64,000 nt of DNA, from NCBI RefSeq assembly GCF_038025025.1, contig NW_027117338.1:3038001-3102000 (forward strand). Reading direction: 5' to 3'. This document shows, piece by piece, positions 9,942-19,070 of the stretch. Within the stretch, counting starts at the first letter, position 1. The number at the start of each line of letters is the position of its first letter. The stretch comes from Phyllosticta citribraziliensis (lineage: Eukaryota). The notes beneath the pieces were generated by a model. The model saw only the letters and a list, made by a program, of their open reading frames with translations, was not told where the DNA came from and made no database searches. A program made the translations under genes and the position numbers.

Positions 9942-12468
9942 CTTTTATAGACCACGCCAGTCACCGAATCACAAGCAGACAGTCCTGGAGTGAGTCACAA
10001 GCTGCCGACGTCGCAGCTGCCTCCAGTACCCGCTGAGGAGCTCATGTGTCGAGGCCTGCTTTGATGCGTCACTGACACTTTCGAATCCAGCGGCACTAGG
10101 CCGCGGCAGGCTGGCGAGGACTTGGTATAAAAGCACCCTCTCCTCCTGGGTTTGTGAGCACTTCAGCCCCTTTGACCATCGGCGCAGAGTAACGAAGCCC
10201 AAATTCACTTGGCACTTGATACCATTCGACATGCATGGCACTCGGGTTTCGGCGGCCGCGGTCGTTTGTCGCGCAGTAGACAGTCGTCTTCACATCACCA
10301 CATCAACAGCATTACCACGAACCAAGCACCATCTTCGTCGATAACAAATGATGCTTTCCCCCATTTTCCATGAGTGGGATTGATACGAGCTCACCTGCTA
10401 CTCTTAGATTTCCCGGCCCCGACCTCACAGTCGCAGAAGGTAATTTCTCCTAACCAAAAGGCCAGAACACTACAGACCGAGTCGCACACTCCACGACTTC
10501 CGGGTTTCAGCATTGCAGGTAAGGTTGTCACTAGGAGATTGGATGCGTATTTGCGGGCTGGAATATAGGCTTTTATACTTCGCTTCGACTGGCATCACAT
10601 ACGGTTCAGATATGCTCAGTCACGAGAAAGCCTGGTTTAAGGTGCTTCTAATTCGCACGTGTCGGGGAACAAGGTTGCCTAGCGATGATGGCTACCTAGT
10701 GGTGTGGGTATAAAAACGCCTCTCTTTCCGAGATACGGCGCATCCACTGCTGTGCAGCCTCCGGCGCAGACAAACACAATCCTGAGCACCTCAAACACTT
10801 GCTCTGGTGCTTCGTGTCCCTGCAACAGAAATGTCTCATTTGGGCGCTCGCGGTCGCTTGTGTTGCTTTCCCAACGACTTAGAGCGGCAGAAGTAACATC
10901 ATCACCACAGCTGAATAACTATCTCCATCAATTTCCCATGATAGTGTCCGCCCTCATCACAGCCAATAAAATAGCCAGATATTCCTGAAACTCCTCAGGC
11001 AGTCAAGAGTGAGCAGCCGCACAAACGCTCACAAAGTACGGATTTCCTGGTGTATCTCTCCCAGCTGGTCAAGCACCGGTCGTCGTGCGCCGCAGTTGAC
11101 CGTCTCCTTGCCCGCCGGCGTTGACGCCTTTATACTCCAGGAGCTGCCACATGCGGGTGGGAAGGAGAAGTGACGCGCACGTCACGTCACGGGAGCATCC
11201 GACGGGTGACGTGGGGTGGTTACTTCTGATTCTTGTCTGCGCGTGGCAGGCGATAGATAGTTCGGTGGGTATAAAAGTTCTCGCCTTTCCTGCAGTTTAA
11301 CCGGCACTTCTGACGATGTGTCTACTGGACGCAACAACCATGCCACGCAGATCTACTTTGGCTTTCTGTGCCAAAATGCGGCTCAAGAAGTGACTTGCCG
11401 GCGGTCGCTTGTGTCCTACTCCAGAGACCTCTGCAATTGTGTCGATTCCATCATCGCTGGCGCAGAAGAGCTGTCGTCATCAACATGACATTGCGCTGTT
11501 TGCCTCTTCTACGCAATGGCGACAACGGGAGTACTGCGCGGCGAGGGGGGCCCCGCGGCGGAAGCCGGGACACAGTTTTACAGTGACCGAAACGCAGGCC
11601 AAGTACAGTCCTTGCATCTGAAGTGTGAGACAGGAAGTCTCGTCGAGGAGTTGATTGCGCTCCTAGCCCGTCGAATGGCTTCCTTTTATACTCGGTTGGT
11701 GCTACACGCCGCATGAAAGAGGCAAGTCACAAGTCACAGCCCGCGAGAGGTTGCTACTGCGGCATGTGGTTCGCGATGGCACATGACTCTCTGATTTCCA
11801 TGTGTCAAGCTGCTGCCTACCTGGCTTCGATGTATAAAAGCGCTCACGACGGCTGCAGTCTTCGTCGATCAGCAAGCGCTTCGCCAGGCACCCATGGGAG
11901 GAAAATCGCCATGGAGAAGGCAAGACTTTGGTGGTGATTCTGGGCAATCGATACTGTGCGTGGGCAGCGTTTTTTTCTCACAGCAGCGTCAGTGCGCCGT
12001 CACTTTGCACGACCCCTGTCATTGAGTATAGAAATGCTGCTCTCCATCACGCCTCAAAAATGGTGGTCGTCTTCAACACCACAAATCGAATCCGCTACCC
12101 CTTACTGCTCCGAGAAAACTTTCCCCGCGTCCGTGGACTCCGCCAAACAGAAAAGAGTAGTCCTGGGTGTTCCAGATGAACGGAACCAGGGCAAACCAAG
12201 CAGAGTGATTCGTTAGACTGAGAGCGCTCCCAGATAAATATGACTGTGGTGCTGGTTTCTGGGCCGAGCGAACGAACAGTTGAAGGTCTTACTTTTATGT
12301 CTCTGGAGTCTTCCGGTACCGGAGGGGAGGGGAGGGCATCACCAGATGTCTGCTCACAAGGCGCTCAGCGCAAGACACTCAGCGTGTGATGCTCATCGCA
12401 CATGTTCTTCTTTGCGGAGCTGGAGCCTGTGTTCCGCGGAAGGAGTGGGCAGTCGGCGTGTATATAAA
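9942..12468. promoter_or_regulatory. Degenerate tandem array of five ~560-630 bp units, each with a divergent TATA-box pair (putative bidirectional promoter array)
   Basis: Minus-strand TATA at 9942, 10570, 11127, 11683, 12292 (last degenerate, CATAAAAG); plus-strand TATA at 10126, 10709, 11270, 11833, 12461; shared position-conserved motifs between units (see findings). Confidence 0.6.
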
Positions 12469-12753
12469 TGTCCTCCTGGCAGCCCGAGAATCTCTCATTC
12501 TACATGCATCCACTTCCCGGCCACTCAGGAAAGAGTCAATCCAAAGCCTGCACTGGTGGTCGTGGGACCGTCCAAGTCGTCACTTCTCGCGTGCGGCGCT
12601 CCGTTGGCAAGCCAGGCACCATAGTCGCGGCACCAGCACCATCAGAACCCAATAGTAGAAATGTCATCCTTCATCACTTCCCAAAAGCGAGTCGAATCAT
12701 GAATATATGTATATGCTGCTACCGAAATTTGAGCAATGAAAAACACCACTCGA

Positions 12754-15700
12754 CTACACGCTTCCCCTGAACCACATCTCCCAGATACTCAACTCGCGCT
12801 GCCCGCCCTTGCCCCATCCATAACCCTCCTGCTGCAACGCGACCAGGACGCGCCAGTCAAACAACATAGTGCTGGCGACACAGTCGCCGAGGCAGTCGCG
12901 GACGAGCTGGAGCCAACGTGCGGAGGCGTCGGATGCCATGAACCCACCACCGTCACCACCACAGTTCCCCGCCGAGCAGGAAGGAGATGTCTTGCCAGTC
13001 GCATCTAGGGGGTGTTGGCAGCGTGCAGAGAGAAGAGAGGACGCAGAAGCCGACTCGACAAGGACGATTCTGCGCCAGCCCTCCCACGACGCATACGCCT
13101 GGCTCTCGCCGACGACGGGGCCGAGGGGCTCGTAGACGGTGGCGTCGCGCTGCCAGTGGCGCATATCGGTCACCAGGGCGCCGATATGGGGGCCGGACGC
13201 GTCGAGGGCCCTTAGGGCGTCGCGGAGGGCCGTGTTGTTGGTGTGGAGGTAGGGCGGTAGCAGGATTGCGGTGTGTGCGAGGGCATAGGGCAGGTTTTGG
13301 GGTGGTATTGTGCCGGTTGTGTTCGTGGTTTTGGGGTTGGGGCGGGATGATGATGACGATGATGATATGGGTGTGGTTATGGTGCATGATATGTTGCCAG
13401 TGCCCCATTTTGGGATCTTGCGGGGGACCATGTCGACATCGAAGTCGTCGACGGCAGCGCGTTTCGACTTGGATCGCGTCAGCGAGAGATCAGGCGAGCT
13501 AGACGGTAGTTCCAGGGGTCGCAGTGGCTTCTTCGTGCTTGATCGACCCGAGGTGCCCTTAGCCTTTGTCACTGTTGGCGTTTCTGTAGGAAATGGCGGC
13601 GCCGCGTTTTCTTTTCTTGAAGAGGGGCGCGGTGTCGGCGGGACGATTTCGACGTAGGCCGGTTGCCGTGCTGTTGCCTTTGGAGTTAAAGGAGCCATGA
13701 CGGACTGGAAGCCTTTCCTGGCAGATGCTGCATCATCTGGAGTCGATTTTGGCGTGGGTAAAGAGTTGCCACGACTTGGAGGCTGGGCTGGTTTAGGACT
13801 GATAACAGGCTGATTAACAGACTCTGCTGCTGTCATTGAGAGAGCCTCTTGCTTTGAAGCAGCACTGCCACTTGCCAACTCCTGTCGCTGTGCACCACGT
13901 GCATGGCTCTGGTTAGCACCTTGTGCTAGAAAGGTCTTTAGAGGCTTGAGGGAAGAACGCTGCTCATCTCCCTTTGTTGCAGAACCACTCTTAGGGACAG
14001 GAGTATCAAGAGTTCTGGGTAGCTGCCCCACAGGCTTGTCTTCGTTCGTTGAACTCTGGACGTGTCCAAGATTCACACTCGCAGGCAGTCTCGCGACTGG
14101 TTCTGTTCCCTGAGGATCTGGCAAATTTGACAGCTGTAGTTGAACGGTCGAGGAATTTGGATGTTGGACGCGTCCTGCAACTCCGTCCATATTCAGGGCC
14201 CGCCTTTTAGGTGGTGAAATCTCTACGCGAGGCCACTGGACGACCTGTGAGGACCTCGGGCTCAGAATTGTCTGCGTATGTGCTGTAAGCTGAGTTGTAG
14301 TAGCTTCTCTTCCAAGGACTTCGTTGGAAATCGGATGCATGACGCCAAAAGTGGCCGGATTTGGGCATGGCTCAGGGGAACGTTGTAGCGGCGCCTTTGA
14401 AGGACCAGAAATCTTGCCCGCAGGTTGGACAGGTTGTATCTGAGCAACAGCTCCAGGAGTGGGGCTTCCAGCCTCATTTGCCAGGTGAATAGCACGCCGA
14501 ACGGCTGAAGCAGGGCTCTCAGTGGTCGCCGACCGTGGAGTAGTGGATCTTTGGCGCTCCTCCGCCCTCTTCATCTTGCCATACAGCTTCTCAACAAGTC
14601 GCCTGGCCTCTTGAGATTCTCCCTCTGCAGGTGCATTCCTGGCTTCATCTGCCATTCGAGCCAGGCCAGAAACAGTGATGCAGTCTTCCCACGAGCGGTC
14701 ATTGTGGATCTTGAGAACGCGGGGGTGTCGCAGCATCCAAAAGTCTTCATTCGCTGGCTTCTCGAAAGCACTGCCCAAGATTTCAACGACAAAAGGGTTT
14801 CGAAAGAGAACATCAGGAGATGAGTTGCGTCCAATTTGAATATCAAACTCGTCGATGCCGTCCGGGTCGTACTCTGTCTCCCGGAACTGCCCGTGCTGAT
14901 TCAGAAATTTGAGGTCTGGAGGTGGAATGCACTGGTCTTGTTTGATGATGGCCACAATCTTGAACTTGGGTCTCGACCGATATCTGGCCTGCTCGTCATC
15001 CATCAGGCAGCCAAGATGAAAATTGGTCCAGCGGAGGCGTTGCTGGCCCGCCTTCTGTGCTTGTTGTACTTCGTAGCTGGCCCCGATTACAGCAAAATCG
15101 GCAACATCTCTCTCGCCGCCCAAGTCAGTCATGTAATCCCTCTTGAGCTTGATGAAGCCCCTATAGCCGCTCCGGGGTTCTCCTGCGGCGAGTGAAAAAT
15201 AGGATGCGTTGGGCTTGAGGACGAGCCCCTCACAGCGCTGTACCAGAGCAGCTGTGAATTGGACTACAAGGCTTTTCTGTGCCTGCTTAGTGGCAAAGTC
15301 AAGGAGCTTCCATTCGACAGTCGAGGCTCGGCCTGGGATTTTGGTCAAGAGGCTCGAGAGGCGCTTCCTTCGTTGTTCGTGTGGTTTGGTCATAGTAAGC
15401 TCGTCGTCAACCATGAGAACGTCGAAGAATGCAATCATGAGGTGTTCGTGTGGGTGCGGCTGCGAGTCCTTGTCGGTGCCAATGAAGGATCCAGCTCTGC
15501 CGACAAACTTCCTGACCTTTTCGAAGCCGAGCACCTTTTGCTCGAGGTCACTCCAGACCACCATTTCACCGAGGAGGATGCATTGGTCTTGGATTTTGCA
15601 GTCTTCCTGCCCAATCCTCAGGCATTGGCGGAGAATCTTGTGCAGCTCTCTCCTGTCCTGTGTGGAATCTCTGCCGTTCTTTGAGAAGATTTTGATGCAA

Positions 15701-16626
15701 TCCCGGCCCTTGGCCAAGTCGATGTGAATCTCAACATACTCACCATCGTACTTTCTTTCTATGATCCACTGCCCGTGCGCGACTAGATCGAGACAGTTCT
15801 TGAACGACCGAGCCTTGATCCAATGTGGTCGGCCAACTTTGACGCCAATTTGTGGTCGGACAATGTGACCTTCGGCTTCTTCCAAAAAGACTTGGCGGGA
15901 CTGAGGGTCGGGGTTCGCAGGAAACTTATTGAGGGGTCCACGCAACAGATTGGCGGCGAAAGTGAGGTCGTTGTTGAATTTGAGCAAAAGTGGCAGCAAA
16001 AAGTGGTATCCTTCGAGCAAGAGCTTTTCAATATATCCTGAATCGGCTTGAAGCAGCCCCATGCTCTTGAGAATCATTCTGACGAACCATTTCTTCTCTC
16101 GGGAATGCATCTGTCGCATTGTGGGTTTCAAGATTTGGTCGGGGATTGCAGCCGTCACCCTCTTCATGACTTCTGGTCCCGAGAAGCGGCACCTGGCTGC
16201 CAACTGGGTGAGTGCGGCGTCTACCTCTTCGACGGTCAGCGGTGCTCCCACTGGAAGTGGACAACAGTCGAAATCCCGTTCAATCCGTTCGACGCACTCT
16301 CCAAGATCACCACCGCCTCTTTCTCGCCATCTGCCCAGCTCTCGGTACTTTGCTTCGCCTAGCACGAGGCATCGTCCGACAATTTTCTCGAGCAATTTCG
16401 ACTGAATGCCGTAGACGCGATCGGTCCGCCTATCAGGCAAGAGAGAAGAGAGAACGGCAAGGCGATCGCTATCGTGGTCCAAGGCCTTTCGGTGCGTGCG
16501 AAACCAGAGCTGGATAGTTTGGCGCAACTTTTTGTCTTTTTGTGCTGGAAGATATGGTGGATCCCTCGATATTACTTGTTCCAGGTTCTGAAAAAGTTCA
16601 CAGATGGCTGTGAACTTGAGAGGCAT
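12754..16626 (-). CDS. Fungal-type ATP-dependent DNA ligase-like protein (1290 aa, intronless)
   Basis: N-terminal DNA-binding domain (LLPDRRTDRVYGI, GDLG); motif I ERKYDGE, III LLGEMVVW, IIIa FFDVL, IV EGLVLK, V IKLKRDY, OB-fold LRHPR; long low-complexity C-terminal tail. Confidence 0.88.
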   Translation of the reverse strand: MPLKFTAICELFQNLEQVISRDPPYLPAQKDKKLRQTIQLWFRTHRKALDHDSDRLAVLSSLLPDRRTDRVYGIQSKLLEKIVGRCLVLGEAKYRELGRWRERGGGDLGECVERIERDFDCCPLPVGAPLTVEEVDAALTQLAARCRFSGPEVMKRVTAAIPDQILKPTMRQMHSREKKWFVRMILKSMGLLQADSGYIEKLLLEGYHFLLPLLLKFNNDLTFAANLLRGPLNKFPANPDPQSRQVFLEEAEGHIVRPQIGVKVGRPHWIKARSFKNCLDLVAHGQWIIERKYDGEYVEIHIDLAKGRDCIKIFSKNGRDSTQDRRELHKILRQCLRIGQEDCKIQDQCILLGEMVVWSDLEQKVLGFEKVRKFVGRAGSFIGTDKDSQPHPHEHLMIAFFDVLMVDDELTMTKPHEQRRKRLSSLLTKIPGRASTVEWKLLDFATKQAQKSLVVQFTAALVQRCEGLVLKPNASYFSLAAGEPRSGYRGFIKLKRDYMTDLGGERDVADFAVIGASYEVQQAQKAGQQRLRWTNFHLGCLMDDEQARYRSRPKFKIVAIIKQDQCIPPPDLKFLNQHGQFRETEYDPDGIDEFDIQIGRNSSPDVLFRNPFVVEILGSAFEKPANEDFWMLRHPRVLKIHNDRSWEDCITVSGLARMADEARNAPAEGESQEARRLVEKLYGKMKRAEERQRSTTPRSATTESPASAVRRAIHLANEAGSPTPGAVAQIQPVQPAGKISGPSKAPLQRSPEPCPNPATFGVMHPISNEVLGREATTTQLTAHTQTILSPRSSQVVQWPRVEISPPKRRALNMDGVAGRVQHPNSSTVQLQLSNLPDPQGTEPVARLPASVNLGHVQSSTNEDKPVGQLPRTLDTPVPKSGSATKGDEQRSSLKPLKTFLAQGANQSHARGAQRQELASGSAASKQEALSMTAAESVNQPVISPKPAQPPSRGNSLPTPKSTPDDAASARKGFQSVMAPLTPKATARQPAYVEIVPPTPRPSSRKENAAPPFPTETPTVTKAKGTSGRSSTKKPLRPLELPSSSPDLSLTRSKSKRAAVDDFDVDMVPRKIPKWGTGNISCTITTPISSSSSSSRPNPKTTNTTGTIPPQNLPYALAHTAILLPPYLHTNNTALRDALRALDASGPHIGALVTDMRHWQRDATVYEPLGPVVGESQAYASWEGWRRIVLVESASASSLLSARCQHPLDATGKTSPSCSAGNCGGDGGGFMASDASARWLQLVRDCLGDCVASTMLFDWRVLVALQQEGYGWGKGGQRELSIWEMWFRGSV

Positions 16627-17913
16627 GGTGGTGGTATATTAGGCGGCCAATGGGCATCCAAGGAAACAGGCTGTCGCTGTAGGCCAAAAGCTGGGTATCT
16701 CAATGAAAAAAAAAGACTAAGGGGTATCATAATGGCATAGAAAAGGTAGAAAAGATGCAGAGTGCCCTCACTGGTGCTGGGACGAGGTCGTCACCATGAA
16801 AGGCACAAGGCTGCGGGGTGGTGAGGAGGAGTGGAGTGGGGAGAGTGGGTGAGACGCGAAACAAAGAGCGCCGACGCGTCGAGCGAGCGTAGTCACATGG
16901 GCATCCCAAAACAGCCTAGCTCGAGGGTACGCAAAGTGAAGAGGAAATCGTCAACCACGTGGAGCTGCAGTGACGGACCGTCAGTGATGGTCGATCGGCC
17001 ATTTGCCTTGGCCGCTGATCCGTCCTTGAGGCACATCATCTCCTCTCGTCGCGTCGCGTCTCATCTCCCTCGCTCTCCAGCCCCTGCATCTTCGACTTCA
17101 CCCACGCTCGTCTCCCGGTCATCACCACTGCTGCAGCCGTGACCCTTTCTTTTCTTGTCCGGACCATTCCTTGGCCACCTGCCGCAACCCGTCCGATGGC
17201 CGTTTTCAACAACCAATGGCCCGAGACAGCGCATCAGCTTCAATTCCCAGGGTCCAGCCAAATGCCAACTTCAAACACGCTCACCGGCAAGCGGAAACTT
17301 GCATATCCGAAAGTCTTGGCTGCCGATTGGACGCAAAAAAGAAATGATAATAAAAAACAACCAAAGAGCATGGATCACCGACGAGAGGACCGGGAGCTGG
17401 CGTGCGTGCTGCCGTCCATGCCCAGACACGCGCCTTTCCTTGTGAATGTGTATAGCCCGCGTGCGGTAAGGGTGTGGGCTCTTTCGGCATCGGAGGCGGC
17501 CTTCTTGACAAAGCTCTCGGCATAATCCACCATGTAGCGCGCGACGGCTTATGAAGCGGCGGCGGCGCCGCTGCTCGCATCTGGCGGTCCCTTCCTTATT
17601 TTTAGTCGCCCAACCTGCTGTCTGTCCGTCACCAGCAGCAGCTTCAACGTCAGCCACAACCTTTACCGGCCATTCAGCTGCCATCCATCGCGACAGCACG
17701 GCGCCGCGTACGCAATCCCGAGTCCAGGCCTTGTAGACCGCCAGCCAGCCCACGCGAACCCGAGTCCAACCAGCGATTGAGGACCCAGTCGCCGTACCCG
17801 AATTCGCATCCCTTTGGCACTCCAGCCATATACAACGTCAGCGCCGCCCTCGTCCATCAATCCGCCGAACAGAGCACAGCATACGCGAATAGCTCCACCC
17901 CACCACGTCCACC

Positions 17914-18873
17914 ATGTCGTGGCTCATACCCGGCTGGGCCAAAGAGCGCCACTTCGACATGATCGAGCGCGGCCGCAAGCACCCCACACCGCTCGGCGGC
18001 AGCATCTTCATCGGCCTGCGCGCCATCGAGCCCGCGCTGCAATACGCCATCCTGGCGCGCGGGGTGGGCAGCGCGGTGCTGCAGACGCTGCACATGGACG
18101 CGCTGCCCGCCTCGACGGCCGGGCTGGCCGCCACAACAACGGGCATGGCCGCCATCGACGCGCTGGGGCTGAGTCCCGCGGGGCTGATCCTGCTCGCCAT
18201 GAGCGTCGGCGCCGCCGCGAAGCAGGCGTACTGGCGCGCGGCGCTGACGGCCGAGGAGATGCCGCCCAAGGCCGCGGTCGAGATATCGCTCTTCAACGCC
18301 GTGTCCAACGCAATCAACACGCTGGCGTTCTGCTCGGCGGGCTTCTCGTCGCTGCGCTACGCCCCGCTGCCCCTCCCCGGCGGCGTCGCCTCGTCGCTCC
18401 CCGCGCCCGTCGTCGTCGGCGCGGCCCTCTACGCCGTCGGCCTCACCCTCGAATGGTACGGCGAGGTGCAGCGCGCGGCGTTCAAGGCCGACGCGCGCAA
18501 CGCCGGCAAGCCGTGTACGCGCGGGCTGTGGGCGTACGCGCGGCACGTCAACTACGGCGGGTACACGCTGTGGCGGGCGGGCTTCGCCATGGCGGGCGCC
18601 GGGTGGTGGTACGGGGCGTTTGTGGGCGTCTTCTTCCTGTGGGACTTTAGCACGCGGGGCGTCGTTGTGCTGGACAAGTACTGCAGTGAGCGGGTGAGTC
18701 TTTCCGTCTCCCCCCCCCCCCCCCCCCCCCCCCCCCCCGCCCCCAACGTTCAAACGAAACAAGCAACGAGCAAAAACATGAAATGCAAAGCTAACTCACC
18801 ATCACAGTACGGCGAGGCTTGGACGCGCTTCAAGCAGCAGACGCCGCACACGCTGATCCCTTTCTTGTGGTAA
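17914..18873 (+). CDS. DUF1295 / steroid 5-alpha-reductase-like membrane protein; exons 17914-18693, 18808-18873
   Basis: Hydrophobic helices, QRAAFKAD..NAGK, TRGLWAYARHVNYGG and C-terminal YGEAWTRFK..TP..LIPFLW; intron GTGAGT..CTAAC..CAG. Confidence 0.82.
   Translation: MSWLIPGWAKERHFDMIERGRKHPTPLGGSIFIGLRAIEPALQYAILARGVGSAVLQTLHMDALPASTAGLAATTTGMAAIDALGLSPAGLILLAMSVGAAAKQAYWRAALTAEEMPPKAAVEISLFNAVSNAINTLAFCSAGFSSLRYAPLPLPGGVASSLPAPVVVGAALYAVGLTLEWYGEVQRAAFKADARNAGKPCTRGLWAYARHVNYGGYTLWRAGFAMAGAGWWYGAFVGVFFLWDFSTRGVVVLDKYCSERVSLSVSPPPPPPPPPAPNVQTKQATSKNMKCKANSPSQYGEAWTRFKQQTPHTLIPFLW
18710..18738. repeat. Poly-C tract (29 nt) inside an intron
   Basis: Homopolymer read directly from the sequence. 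Confidence 0.9.
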
Positions 18874-18877
18874 ACAA

Positions 18878-19070
18878 GCAGCGGCAGCGGCGGCGGCGGC
18901 GGCAGCAGCAGCAGCAGCAGCGTCAGCAGCAGCGTTCGAGGAAAACGAAGCAACGAGTTATCCCATGTCCCCACGCACGCGGGTGCTAGCTTCAGAAGGG
19001 ACGCGGCTGGGCTGGGCGCAACTGGAACGAAAAAAGGGAGAAGAAGAGAGAGAGAGAGAAAGAGAGAGAG
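18878..19070. repeat. Microsatellites (GCG/GCA)n and (AG)n in the 3' flank
   Basis: gcagcggcagcggcggcggcggcggcagcagcagcagcagcagc at ~18878-18921; agagagagagag runs at ~19045-19070. Confidence 0.8.

Noticed and set aside
10075..10095. TTCGAATCC resembling a tRNA T-loop
   Set aside because: No T-stem pairing, acceptor stem or D-arm around it
9942..12468. CRISPR-like repeat-spacer array
   Set aside because: Eukaryotic context, ~570-bp period, no identical 25-45 bp repeats and no cas genes
689..18873. Terpene or secondary-metabolite cluster (FPPS + monooxygenase + esterase + reductase-like gene)
   Set aside because: FPPS is the housekeeping ERG20 type, divergent from CDC23; no cyclase, PKS, NRPS, P450 or cluster regulator in the window
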